Shown: piece after piece, positions 10,377 through 21,695 of the stretch
How positions within the stretch are numbered: the stretch's first letter is position 1
Layout of the letters: every line of letters begins with the position of its first letter
NCBI GenBank assembly: GCA_965217185.1
Contig: OZ244252.1
Location: 1,120,001 to 1,184,000 of the forward strand
From: an uncultured Candidatus Entotheonella sp.
Lineage (GTDB): Bacteria; Tectomicrobia; Entotheonellia; Entotheonellales; Entotheonellaceae
Direction: 5' to 3'
Length of the DNA stretch: 64,000 bases
Notes under the pieces: generated by a model
Told to the model about the DNA's origin: nothing
The model's database searches: none
What the model saw: only the letters and a program-made list of their open reading frames with translations
Program-made: the position numbers and the translations under genes

Positions 10377-11465
10377 ATGACTGCCAAACATCCCCCGGAA
10401 GAGGACGTACAACCCGCTGCCAGCCCCGCAAAAATGCCACAGGCGGACAGTTCGATAGGCGGGGCGTTGGCGCCTTACCAGCGCTCGAGCCGGCGCCGCG
10501 CACTCTGCCAGATCCTCACCTCGGTGCTGCCCTACGCCATGTGCTGGTACCTGATGTTCCATAGCCTGCAGTACGGCTACTGGCTGACGTGCCTGCTGGC
10601 CGTGCCGGCCGCCGGCTTTTACCTGCGGTCTTTCATGATCCTGCACGATTGCACGCACGGGTCGTTCTTTTCCTCGCGCAGGGCGAATAACGTGCTGGGG
10701 TTCGTGCTCGGCGTGCTGACGCTGGCGCCCTTCGCCTTCTGGCGCAAGACGCACCTCATCCACCATGCCACCTCCGGCGACCTCAATCGCAGGGGGTGGG
10801 GCGATGTCAAGACCCTGACCGTCAGGGAATATACCGCGCTCCCCAAGGCACGACAGCGCCTGTACCGCCTTTATCGGCACCCGCTGTTCATGTTTGGCAT
10901 TGGCGTTTTCCTGCTTTTTCTGGTGTTTCACCGCTTTCCGTGGAGGATCCCGTCGGATTGGAAGCGCGAGTGGCGCAGTGTCCATCTGACGAATGCCATG
11001 CTGGCGCTGGTCGCCGTTGTGATGGCGCTCACCATCGGTTTCACGTCCTTTCTGATGATCCTGGTCCCCATCATGCTGATTGCGTCGTGTTGCGGAGGCT
11101 TGTTGTTTTACGTGCAGCATCAATTTGAGGACACCTATTGGCGCCCGCACGACGAGTGGAATTTCCACCAAGCGGTCCTGCTGGGAAGTAGCTATCTCGA
11201 GTTGCCCCGTCTTCTGCAGTGGTTCAGCGCCAATATCGGCTTTCACCATATCCACCATCTGAGCGCGCGCATTCCCAATTACAACCTCGAGGCCTGCTTT
11301 CGAGGCATCCCTCAGGTGCAACATCCGCCGCGCATCAGACTCGGGCAGAGTTGGCGCTTGGCGTCGCTGAAGTTATGGGATGAAGAGCAACAACGACTGG
11401 TGGGTTTCAAAACGGGACGGCAAAACGGGGCCAGGCAGCCTGCCAAGCCTCTCCAGCATGCCTGA
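10377..11465 (+). CDS. Membrane fatty acid desaturase
   Basis: Three His boxes: HDCTH, HLIHH, HHIHH; hydrophobic spans. Confidence 0.9.
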   Translation: MTAKHPPEEDVQPAASPAKMPQADSSIGGALAPYQRSSRRRALCQILTSVLPYAMCWYLMFHSLQYGYWLTCLLAVPAAGFYLRSFMILHDCTHGSFFSSRRANNVLGFVLGVLTLAPFAFWRKTHLIHHATSGDLNRRGWGDVKTLTVREYTALPKARQRLYRLYRHPLFMFGIGVFLLFLVFHRFPWRIPSDWKREWRSVHLTNAMLALVAVVMALTIGFTSFLMILVPIMLIASCCGGLLFYVQHQFEDTYWRPHDEWNFHQAVLLGSSYLELPRLLQWFSANIGFHHIHHLSARIPNYNLEACFRGIPQVQHPPRIRLGQSWRLASLKLWDEEQQRLVGFKTGRQNGARQPAKPLQHA

Positions 11466-11913
11466 AATGTCCGGCAGGCTTATCTACGCCATGAGCCGTG
11501 CTGAGCCATCACCCTCAAAGTGGTCCATCCCGACCTTGCGGGATAAGCAAGTTATGCCTTGCCCGCGATGTTGGGCCGCTGGGTCCAAGAAAGTCTCGGC
11601 TTGGAAACTTGCCCATCGAATCAGTGGGGTTAGACGGCGTAGCCTGGAGCCCAGCTTCACGCACTTCCCGTTTAACTGGACCGGCGATGGCGGAGGCGCC
11701 TCAGGCACGGGGGTAGGCACTCTGGTTCCGAGACCGTCAGAGTGCCGCCTACCCGCATCGGACCCTCTCACAAAACGACCGTTTTCCCTTGCTCCCGCCA
11801 ATACGCCCAAATGCCCCTGAAACAGCCCAATTCCTGTTTCATCTGACCGTCTCACCTATTACAATATCAACAAGTTACTATGATGTATGAAATATGAGAC
11901 GAAGGAGTCCTGT

Positions 11914-12516
11914 ATGGGGAAGTTGATCGGCTACGCCCGGGTGAATACCGGCGACCAAGACCTGCAGTTGTAGTTGGACTCCTTGAAGACGGCAGGATGC
12001 CGTGACGATGACATCTATACGGACAAGGCATCCAGAGCTCGCGCCGGCCGGCCTGGGCTCGATTCATGTGTCGCCGTCCTGGAGCCGGGAGATACACTGG
12101 TTGTCTGGAGGCTGGACCGCCTGGGGCGCTCGATGCCGCACCTAGTGGGTCTGGTGGAGGATTTGCTGGATAAGGGCATCGGCTTTCGGTCGCTGCTCGA
12201 CGGCGCCATCGACACCACCACGGCATCCGGGGAACTCATGTTCAATATCTTCTCGAGCTTGGCGCAGTTCGAGCGACGCCTCATCCAGGAGCGGACCCAA
12301 GCTGGTCTCGCGGCTGCCCGGGCGCGGGGACGTCTCGGCGGCCGCAAACCGATCAGTCCGAACGACCCGCGCGTGGTGACCGCCAAGCGCCTGCACAAGG
12401 ATCGCAGCTTGAGCATTGATCAGATCTGCAAGACGTTGGGAATCTCCAGGCCAACGTTTTACCGATACTTGGCATTACCTGACGTCACCCGGAGAAGTCC
12501 CCCGCAGACGCCTTAG
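11914..12516 (+). pseudogene. Serine resolvase/invertase, inactivated; AT-rich res-like region upstream
   Basis: MGKLIGYARVNTGDQDLQL*LD: catalytic Ser replaced by Asn plus an in-frame TAG; LDRLGR and C-terminal HTH intact. Confidence 0.85.
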
Positions 12517-12629
12517 GGCAACTTCCTCCTCGCTTCCAAAGGTTAACTTTACGACCATGTCGCTTGGGTGCACCAAGCGTTGGCAGTTCATAAAATATAC
12601 TAAGGTGCATTCCGCAACAGACGTTGGTC

Positions 12630-12891
12630 CTAGGGCCTGTTGACATTCACGCGATTGCCAAGCACGGACTGACTCCATGAATCACGACAACGTATTGATA
12701 TTATATGATTTACTAATCTGAACATCGCACCTGAACAGATCCGAAATCAGCGTCTCGAAGTTCCAATCCCTCAAGCAAGAGGCCGATACCAAGACAAGCA
12801 TAGTGCTGGTTTCTGGCGTCCCCATTCACTCCTGTGCCAAACTGGCGACTCATACGACCGTATCTTTTCTATGAATGTCAACAGGCCCTAG
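12630..12891. mobile_element. Non-autonomous element (MITE), ~260 bp
   Basis: Perfect 20-bp inverted ends CTAGGGCCTGTTGACATTCA; no transposase inside. Confidence 0.8.
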
Positions 12892-13029
12892 TTCCCTGCG
12901 TTGTGGGAGGGGGTGAGGCAGCGGCACCGCGAAAGCCGACGGCAACAGCTATCCCTCATTCGCCTACCGCTACCGCGCCAGTTGCCGCCTCTACTCCAAT
13001 GATTGTCACGGGCCTTCTATGACTCGTAC

Positions 13030-14525
13030 GAGCCACTTGCAGAATTGCGTGTACGAGTGGGATTTTCTTTCTCCGTGTCAAGCGCGGGGCAGGCTCTGGG
13101 GCTGATTGGTGGACATTGGGGCCGCTTTCTGATTCTGTTGAGTTGTCAAACAACCGAATCAGGAGGAACGACCCCAATGGCCTTACGTGAGATACTATCG
13201 AGTTACTGGTCTTGCTTTCAAGCGCTGCTGTTCCCGCAGCTTGAGGAAACGATCGGGGCGCTGGGGGAACGCCATCAGCGCTTCGTCATGGTGCTCGAAT
13301 GGGTGCGGGTGGAAACGCTGCTGCCGTACCAGCACCGGCGTCGCGGCTGTCCGCCAAGTGACCGCGCGGCCTTAGCCCGCGCCTTCATCGCCAAGGCCGT
13401 CTTCGCGCTGGTTAGCACCCGGATGTTGCTTGATCGTCTGCGCCACGACAGCACCCTGCGCCGGTTGTGCGGCTGGCGTAGCGTCAAGCACATTCCGAGC
13501 GAGGCGACGTTTTCACGTGCCTTTGCCGAATTTGCCGACAGCGCCTTGCCGAGCCACCTGCACGAGGCGCTGATCAAACGCACCCAGGGTGAGCGTCTGG
13601 CAGGCCATATTTCACGCGATTCGACGGCGATTGAAGGGCGCGAGAGACCGACCCCGAAGGCGCCGCAGCCGGCCAAGCCGAAGCGGCGGCGCGGGCGTCC
13701 GCGCAAGGGCGAGGAGCGCCCCACGGAGCCGCGCCGTCTGGAGCGCCAGCGCAACATGACCCTGCCGGAGATGCTCGCCGACTTGCCGTACGCCTGTGAC
13801 ATTGGCGTCAAGCGCGACGCCAAGGGCTATCAGACGTCATGGAGCGGCTACAAGTTGCATATTGACGCGGCCGACGGCGCCATCCCGGTCAGTTGCCTGC
13901 TTACCTCGGCGTCGCTGCACGACAGCCAAGTCGCCATCCCGCTGGCGACCCTGACGGCGGAGCGAGTCCGCAACCTGTATGACCTGATGGACAGCGCCTA
14001 CGATGCCCCGGAAATCCGCGCCCACAGCCGCGCCCTGGGTCATGTTGCGATCATCGACGTCAACCCCCGCAGCGGCGCGCGCAAGCAGGCGCTGCGGCAG
14101 GAGAGGCAGGCACGGCGTGCCTGTGGGTTGGTCCTGTCTGAGGAGAGACGTTACCACGAACGCTCGACCGTCGAGCGCGTCAATGGTCGCCTCAAGGATG
14201 AATTCGGAGGTCGCAGCGTGCGCGTGCGCGGCCATGCCAAGGTGCTGTGTCATCTGATGTTCGGGATTGTGGCGCTCACGGTTGATCAGTTGATGCGCTT
14301 GGTGACCTGAAGCTGGTCTCGCGGCCCCGTTTCCTCCATCCCGGCACACGCTGCTGTCCTGTACGCAGGGGGGAGAGTTGCGTCCGCATCGCAAGACGGG
14401 AGCCGGAACTCGGCACCGCCATGGCTGAATTCGTGGCAATTGGAACCACCGACGGCAAATGATTCACCGTACGGTCTCATGACAACCGCTCCGAGGCCAA
14501 ACTAGCGGAGTTTTGCAAGTGGCTC
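13030..14525 (+). mobile_element. Complete IS (IS5/IS1182-like DDE); transposase 13177-14310
   Basis: 12-bp IR GAGCCACTTGCA; GTAC duplicated on both sides; RDSTAI, GYKLH, MDSAYD and RSTVERVN motifs. Confidence 0.9.
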
Positions 14526-14559
14526 GTACGAAAACAGATTCTCAGAACGGGACATCACA

Positions 14560-15723
14560 CTACATCAACCCGAAGCTGAGGAACCCGTCTGGGGGGAACA
14601 AGTCGTAGACGCGCCTGCCGACGAGGTCCTTCAACGTCTCGGTCGCACCACCGCCGAGCGTGCCGTAACGCGCGCCGCGGTAGAAGTGAGAGACCGGGAA
14701 TTCATCGGTGAAGCCATAGCCGCCGTGGACCTGCAGCGCGTCGCTGGTGACTTTGATGGCCATCTCGTTGACCTGCATCTTGGCGATCGCCGCAAGATAG
14801 GGATCCGGGAAGGGATCGGCCGAGGCGGCGGCGCGGTAGAGAATCGAGCGGCTCACCTCGATCTCGCGCGCCATGTCGGCGATGTGCCAGCGCATCCCCT
14901 GCATCGTGCCGGTCGGCCGCCCCTTGATCGTGCGGTGACGCACGTATTTCACCGCTTCCTCGAAGGCCCCTTCGGCGAGACCGAGCGACACCGAGGGATT
15001 CATGCAGCGCTGGGTGTTGAAAGCGGTCAGCAGCTTTTTCATCCCGTCGCGCTCGATGATAAGGTTTTCGCGCGGTAACTCCATGTCGCGGAACTGAATC
15101 TCGGCCAAGTTCTCGCCGCCCATGGTGTGATACCGCGCCGTCACCTCGAAGCCCGGCGTCGACGGGTCGACCAGAACGCAGCCGATGCCTTCGGCTCCAG
15201 GGACGTTGTCGACGCGGGTGAACACGATAAAGCAGTGCGCCTCGTCCGCGCGAGAGATCAGGGTCTTGGTGCCGTTCAGCACCACAGTGTCGCCCTTGAT
15301 CACCGTGTTGGTCTTGTAATTGGAGACATCAGTACCGGCATGCGGCTCGGTCATGCAGATCGCCAAAATCACCTTGTTGGTGATGACGCCTGGCAGAAAT
15401 TTCTCTTGGACATGCTTCGGGGCGTAATTGGCGATGATCCGGTTCTGCGCGCCCATCGCACTCATCGCCGCCATCGCGGTAACGTAGCAGACCTTGGCCA
15501 CTTCCTCGAGCACCAGTACGCAGTCAAGCACCGGCAGGCCCATGCCGCCGAATTCCTCGGGCACGGCCATGCCCAGAACGCCGATCTCGGCCAGATCTTC
15601 CAGGTTCTCATAGGGGAAGGTGCCATCCTGCCACTTCTTGACGCGAACCTTGAATTTCTCCTGCGCCAGCTGCCGGACAGTGCCGACCATGGCGCGTTGG
15701 TCGTCGGTTAGTTCAAGCTTCAT
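14560..15723 (-). CDS. Acyl-CoA dehydrogenase
   Basis: CMTEPHAGTD, LNGTKTLIS and QVHGGYG motifs. Confidence 0.9.
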   Translation of the reverse strand: MKLELTDDQRAMVGTVRQLAQEKFKVRVKKWQDGTFPYENLEDLAEIGVLGMAVPEEFGGMGLPVLDCVLVLEEVAKVCYVTAMAAMSAMGAQNRIIANYAPKHVQEKFLPGVITNKVILAICMTEPHAGTDVSNYKTNTVIKGDTVVLNGTKTLISRADEAHCFIVFTRVDNVPGAEGIGCVLVDPSTPGFEVTARYHTMGGENLAEIQFRDMELPRENLIIERDGMKKLLTAFNTQRCMNPSVSLGLAEGAFEEAVKYVRHRTIKGRPTGTMQGMRWHIADMAREIEVSRSILYRAAASADPFPDPYLAAIAKMQVNEMAIKVTSDALQVHGGYGFTDEFPVSHFYRGARYGTLGGGATETLKDLVGRRVYDLFPPDGFLSFGLM

Positions 15724-15741
15724 GTCTCTTCTTTCGTGCGT

Positions 15742-16205
15742 TCAGTCGAATACGGGTTGGCGGCGTTCCGCGAAGGCGGTGAGCCCCTCCTTGTAGTCGT
15801 CGGATTTCAGCATCTCGACGATATGGGCGCGCTCTATCTCAAGCCCCTCGTCGAGCGTTTTCTCGATACCGCGGTAGACCGCATCCTTCAGCCGGGCCGC
15901 CGTGCGGCGGGACCGCATTGCAACGGTTTCCGCGAATTCCATCACGCGGTCCATGAACGCCTCTACCGGCACCACGTCGTTCACGAGCCCCCATTCGGCG
16001 GTCTTCTCGGTTATGAGGGCTCAGCAGTGTACATCGTCTCCAGCGCGCGCGCCGTTCCGATGAGCCGCGGCAGGCGTTGCGTGCCCCCTGCCCCAGGCAT
16101 GGCACCGATGCGCGCTTCGGTAAGGCCGAGCTTGACGCCTGCCGCGGCGAAACGCACATCGCAGGCAAGCGAGATTTCCACTCCGCCGCCCATGGCATGG
16201 CTCAT
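15742..16205 (-). pseudogene. Enoyl-CoA hydratase remnant (5'-truncated, frameshifted)
   Basis: AMGGGVEISLACD, PGAGGTQRLPRLIG, then EWGLVNDVV in a shifted frame. Confidence 0.85.
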
Positions 16206-16596
16206 CAAAAGACGCCGGCCGCCCACTGCGCTGATCCCGGACACGCAATACTTCGATCCGGTCATCAACGCCTCGGCAGATGAAAGACAGCGGCGTGCGC
16301 GGGATCGAGAGAGTTCTCGCGCACCCTCCATCTCTTCGACCGGACGGTCCACCAAGGGGTTATCACGGATAACGCCGCAGGTCCTGCCATACAGGTCGGT
16401 TGAATCGATTTGTCGAATCCCGGCCCGCAAGCAGTGCCACCTCACGATCATGCCAAGCAGGTGTCCGTATAAGGTCCCTCTCTTGCAAATTTCACCGTAC
16501 CATGTAAATGATACATGCAGCAGGATCGTTTTCCGGACCTTCGACACGGCAATACGATGTTACGTTGAACCCCACCTCTTACGGACACCCCAGCAG

Positions 16597-17176
16597 ATGA
16601 GCAACCCTGATCGGCTACGCGCGTTGTTCCACGGACAAGCAGGACCTGACGGCGCAGAGACAGGCGCTCGCCGAGTTCGGTGTCGCATCGGATCGCATCT
16701 ACATGGACAAGGGCCTGACCGGCACCAACCGCGCCCGGCCCGGTCTGGATCAGGCCATGGCCGCAGTGCGCAAGGGCGACACCCTGGTGGTGCCAAAACT
16801 GGACCGCTTGGCAAGATCGGTTCCCGATGCCCGGCACATCGCGGATCAACTACAGGCCAAGGGGGTGAAGCTCGCCCTGGGCAGCAATATCCATGATCCC
16901 AGCGACCCGATGGGCAAGATGTTTTTCAATATCCTGGCCATCTTCGCCGAGTTCGAGGCCGACCTCATTCGTATGCGCACGCGTGAAGGGATGGCCATCG
17001 CCCGCGCCAAGGGCAAGTTGCGGGGCAAGCAACCCAAGCTCTCCGACAAGCAGCAACGGGAACTCTGCCGCATGCACGCCACCGGCGACTATTCCATCGG
17101 CGATCTGGCGGAAGTTTTCGCCGTATCGAGGCCGACCGTCTACCGGACGCTCAACCGCGCCGCTGCTTCTTCATGA
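16597..17176 (+). pseudogene. tnpR: Tn3-type serine resolvase with a frameshift just after the start codon; res-like region 16460-16590
   Basis: TLIGYARCSTDKQD...KLDRLAR...HTH; ATG at 16597 is out of frame with the body. Confidence 0.75.
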
Positions 17177-17640
17177 ATCGATCCCTACCGGTGCCATGTC
17201 GCGCCAAAAGAATCATGCCATTTGGCGTTGAAGATCAGGCTGCGGGAATACGGGGATGTCTTGTAAAACGGCCGGAAACCGTTGCCGAACTCTGAGCCCA
17301 TAAACTTTCAATTCCATCACCCTCCTGCATAGGTCGGTGCTTCTTGCCTTCTCTTGCCGATTCGGGGTCACGTCGGCTATCTTTATCGCCCCATCACTAC
17401 AACCCGCTGGCTAGCAGCGTATCGGCGCGCTCGCTGGACCAACTGCTGGCATACTGTCAGGCTCAGGTGCGACTGGGACTACGGACATACGGAACAAGCG
17501 CCAGGACGTACGTAGGCAGACGAGCTACGAGAAGCGGAAGGCAGCACAACGGGAAACAAGAAAAGGCAGTGAGCGAGTGAGCCAGACCTGTAAACCAGTT
17601 CACGATTGGAAGATGCCGGAGATCGGCGACATCGGCCTAA

Positions 17641-17875
17641 AATGCCAGAGGTGCGGGACATTTTCGGCTTCTCAGCGATGTCGGAAGGAATGCGAGTAGC
17701 CATCACACGTGCGCGTTATAAACACTACGTGGAGGGCCAGGAGTTCGAGGAGGCATTTGACGCCCATACGATGCCGACCGTGAGACCGGTCGATGGGAGC
17801 CCCCCCCCGCGTAAGGAGTTGTCGGCAGAGGAGATCGCCAGGCAAATACAGAAGCAAGCGCACCGCGAAAAGTGA
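17641..17875 (+). CDS. Small hypothetical protein
   Basis: Plausible composition; no motif recognised. Confidence 0.3.
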
Positions 17876-18073
17876 GGGGAGCAATGAGCGAACAAAGCAC
17901 CAACGCCCCTCCGTATTGGGTCAACGGCCGCAAAGTGACGAATCGCTTCCCCAAATAAATTGCCGTTTCTCTCTGGCTGAATACCCACTTTAAGGGTGTC
18001 GCCGTAGAGCACCCGCGCCGGACCCGGCAGCGCTGCGGGGCCACGGGCGATCCGAACCAACTCCTTAATCTTA

Positions 18074-19029
18074 GAGTCTGATCCATAAGTCGTGAGTGGT
18101 CCCGACATGTGGTATTCCGAGTTGATTGCAACATCAGCCTTGGAGGACCCCATGCCTTGGAACAGGACCACTCGTAAGGATTATAAACGTGACGGCAGAC
18201 GCTACGAAAGCGACGTGACAGACAAAGAATGGGCGACCATTGAACCCATGATCCCCAAGCAGGGACGCTTGGGGCGTCCACGCCAGACAGATCTGCGCGA
18301 GGTCTTCAATGCCGTCGAGTATGTGCTGGCCACGGGATGCCAGTGGCGGGTGCTGCCGCGAGACTTTCCGCCCCATTCTACGGTCATGAAGTACTTTTAC
18401 AGGTGGCAAGGCAGCGGTGTTTTCGACCGCATGATGGATGCGCTTCGTGATCTTGCGCGGGCTGAGGCAGGTCGCGGGCCTGAGCCGACAGCGGCGATTA
18501 TCGACAGCCAACGTGTGAAGACGACGGAGAGTGGGGGGCCGCGCGGTTATGATGGCGGCAAGAAGGTTGTGGGCCGCAAGCGCCATATCGCAGTTGACGT
18601 CGAAGGCTCTCCGATCGTGGTTGATGTCCACGCGGCGTCGGTGCAGGACCGCGACGGTGCCCCGGCTGTGATTATGGCGCTCCTTGAGGTGGCTGTGTGT
18701 GTCGAGAGGCTCTTTGCCGATAGTGGCTATGCGGGTCCGAAGCTCCAGGATGCGTTGAAAGAATTGGGTGTATCGGAGCTGATTGAGATCGTGCCCAAGC
18801 CCAAGGGCGCCAGGGTTTACGGTTTTGTCGCGTCGTTGGGTAGTAGAACGAACGTTTGCGTGGATGGGTCGTTACCGCCGTCTTGCAAAGGACGTGGAGC
18901 GGACCCTGGCATGTTCTCTAGCCTGGGTGAAGCTGGCCGGATGCCGCTTCATGATGCGACGGGTCGCTCGGCACCAGAACCTGAGACATTCTGCGGATAT
19001 CGCCGCCTGATGACTTATGGATCAGACTC
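18074..19029 (+). mobile_element. IS5-family (IS1031-group-like) element; transposase 18152-19010 frameshifted near 18810
   Basis: IR GAGTCTGATCCATAAGTC at both ends, TTA duplication; IIDSQ, ADSGY and [10 protein letters not shown] motifs. Confidence 0.9.
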
Positions 19030-19154
19030 TTAGGCCCCCGTACCCCTCAAGAGGCGAAGACCCACGGCCGTTCGCAGGACCAGCACAGCACTATGTGTGG
19101 ACAGAGACACCGTTCATTGGTTCTTGTATCTCCTTACTCGCTCAAACCAATCGC

Positions 19155-20360
19155 TCACAAGTTCAACTCACTCTCAAGCTTACTCACTTCTGGAGCCACG
19201 TAATTGACCTTTCCACTCTTGTCGTGGCGTTTTGCCCACTGTGAAATACGACTGTAGCTTGCCTGGAATTCCCTGTTGTCTTCGTTGGAGAATTGGACAA
19301 GTCCTCTCACCATCGCGGGCCGCACTTCGAGCCCGCCTTCAGAGACGATAGGCCCGACGAGTTCCTGGCTGAAAATTCGTTCCCATGTCTCCGAGAGATT
19401 CCCTGACCAGACGGCAACCTCTGTCTCGTAACGATCCTGCTCCCAATCTGGAGATTCTCTCTTGATTCTAGCGAAGTCTTCCCGGAGCACTCCGAATCGT
19501 TCAGCCACGTCCTTGGCCTTCCAGGGGTGTTTCATGCTGCACATACCTGGCTTGCGGTCTCCCCCGCGGCTCTTTGCTACCGATCGATCAGTTACACCGA
19601 CCCCTTTTCCGTTCGCCTCTCGCTTGAGAACTGCAACTAAAGACACGTCGTGGGTGAACACGACGATTTGTCGATCCTGCCCCAGTTCAACGAGTCGGTT
19701 TGCCACCAGTTCCCGTCGTACGTGGTCCAGTGAACTCACGGGGTCATCTAGGATGAGTGCGGACTTCGAGGCGTCCAGATACGCCTCCGTAAAGAAGGCG
19801 GCCAAACCAAGAGCCGTCTTCTCTCCTTCGCTAGAAACCTCCGGCAGTGTGACATGCTGGCGTGCACCCACAAGCTTTGGCAGATGCAGCAAGGCCGTTC
19901 GCTCGGCGCGCGTTTTGGCAATCGTAACCCTCTCGAGCTGTAAACGATCCGTCTCCCGGGTGAATCGATCGCGAATGACCTCGGTAACTTCCGCTGCGGA
20001 TAGCTCGGAGACCTTTCTCGTGATCGCCCCCGTCGCAGCACTGTTCTTAATGTCTTCCAACTTTGCGCGGATTCTTAGCCGTTTGATCTCTTCGACAATA
20101 ACACGGCGTTGGTTTCTCATTGCCCCGAGTAGTTCGCTCTCCATCCTCCTCTTAGTGGTTAAACGGAGACGGTTTTTTGCGGCCTCGGGGTCGGCGAGTT
20201 CCAGCGCATCCGCCCTCGCCTGAACGGCGGCCTCACGAAACCGTACTACCAACGAAGCACACTCAAATTCGACACCAGGGAAATCACCGTAGTCGGAAAG
20301 TGCCTTGACGAGTTCAGTTCGCACGTTATCTGCTACGGACAATGTCGATCGCGTCTCGGA
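19155..20360 (-). pseudogene. C-terminal half of an SMC/ABC-type ATPase (RloC/AAA_13-like)
   Basis: Coiled coil, SEGEK signature, ILDDPVSSLD Walker B, VFTHD; no Walker A. Confidence 0.75.
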
Positions 20361-20367
20361 TACAAGC

Positions 20368-20541
20368 TTCGAATTCCATAGTCTGCGCCGCAGCGCAGCC
20401 CGAAACATGTCCCTGCAGGGCATTCCCGAGAAGGTAATCATGTCGATCATGGGTCACAAGACACGCGTGATGTTCGACCGTTACAACATAATCACCGAGT
20501 CGGACCAGCGCGAGTATGCGAAGCGGCTATTCGGGCCGTAA
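20368..20541 (+). pseudogene. Tyrosine integrase C-terminal remnant
   Basis: FHSLRR...IMGHKT..MFDRY catalytic box. Confidence 0.8.
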
Positions 20542-20699
20542 CACGGACAATGAGGCGGACAATCTGCTAGTTGCAGCTGGCAGATGGTTGATTCATAAGG
20601 GGTTATGGGTTTCTGTGATTACATGCACAATGAAACACTCCAGCACATGGTTTTCGAGGCTGAAGACATCGCCGATTTACGACAATAGGAGATACGCTT

Positions 20700-21203
20700 A
20701 TGCCTGCCTCGCGTCCTGCTGAACCAACGTGGTACACGATTCTCGATACCCCCTTTGGCGCCTTGTGCATAGTCGGTACAGCTCAGGGGCTGACACACGT
20801 CGAATTTCAGGACGGCCAGCGCCCGGTACGACAGGGGCCGGATTGGCAGGAAGATCAGGGCGTTCTTGAAGAGGCGCGGAAGCAGTTGATGGAGTATTTC
20901 GAGAGGCGGCGTCAGCGCTTCACGTTACCGGTGGCGCCGGGTGGGACGCCGTTTCAGCAGCGGGTGTGGCGAGAATTGCAGCAGATTCCGTGGGGCACGA
21001 CGACAACGTACCGGGAGATTGCCGAGCGGCTTGGACAGCCAGCGGCGGTGCGGGCCGTGGGACACGCCAACGGGCGCAACCCGGTGGCCATCGTCATTCC
21101 GTGCCACCGGGTGGTGGGCGCCAACGGCCATTTGACCGGTTATGCCGGCGGCATCGCGACCAAGCGGCGCCTGCTGCAGCACGAAGGCGCCCTGCTCGTT
21201 TAG
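20700..21203 (+). CDS. ogt: Methylated-DNA--protein-cysteine methyltransferase
   Basis: [14 protein letters not shown] active site. Confidence 0.93.
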   Translation: MPASRPAEPTWYTILDTPFGALCIVGTAQGLTHVEFQDGQRPVRQGPDWQEDQGVLEEARKQLMEYFERRRQRFTLPVAPGGTPFQQRVWRELQQIPWGTTTTYREIAERLGQPAAVRAVGHANGRNPVAIVIPCHRVVGANGHLTGYAGGIATKRRLLQHEGALLV

Positions 21204-21212
21204 CCCCAGCTG

Positions 21213-21653
21213 TCAATCCAGCGGCGGCAGCACGTCGGGCTGGACCTGATAACCGTCGGCCAGGGTGTTGGTGGTGTTGAACAGCCCGACAATGGCCATC
21301 ACCTCGCCCAGGCCCTCGGTATCCAGGCCCAGCTTGCGCACCGCCGCCGTGTGCGAGTTGGTGCAGTACGCGCAGCCGTTGGTGGCCGACACGGCCAGGG
21401 CGATGATCTCCCGCGTCAGCGGGTCGAGCGGCGATTGGCGGCCGACGGTCTCCGGGTGCATGAGGGTTTTCAGGTTCGTCCACACCAGTTCCAGGTGGTC
21501 GGGGTTCGTCGCCAGAACGCGCCAGAAATTGGGCACGAACGACAGGCCCTTGGTGGCCTTGATGTCGGCGAATATCGCCGCCGCCTTGCCGCTGGCCTCG
21601 TCTTCGCTCACCATGCGGACGGTGGCCACCCGTTCTTCGGTCATTGTTGCCAT
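21213..21653 (-). CDS. AhpD/carboxymuconolactone decarboxylase-family protein
   Basis: REIIALAVSATNGCAYCTNSH. Confidence 0.88.
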   Translation of the reverse strand: MATMTEERVATVRMVSEDEASGKAAAIFADIKATKGLSFVPNFWRVLATNPDHLELVWTNLKTLMHPETVGRQSPLDPLTREIIALAVSATNGCAYCTNSHTAAVRKLGLDTEGLGEVMAIVGLFNTTNTLADGYQVQPDVLPPLD

Positions 21654-21695
21654 AAATCGTTGCTCCTTGCCGTCTGAATCTCTTGCCTTCCTCGA

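Noticed and set aside
11971..11973. In-frame TAG in the resolvase as recoding (pyrrolysine/readthrough)
   Set aside because: The catalytic Ser is also lost and the region is full of pseudogenes
15736..16896. 386-aa ORF on the plus strand
   Set aside because: Runs antisense to the hydratase remnant and through res/tnpR out of frame; no motif
17260..17299. Possible transposon end downstream of tnpR
   Set aside because: Does not match the 6527-6564 IR and has no partner in the window
18790..18830. Programmed frameshift in the IS1031-like transposase
   Set aside because: No slippery A-run at the shift; simple indel more likely
20583..20610. CATAA-GGGG-TTATG as another dif-like site
   Set aside because: 4-bp spacer and no outer-arm match
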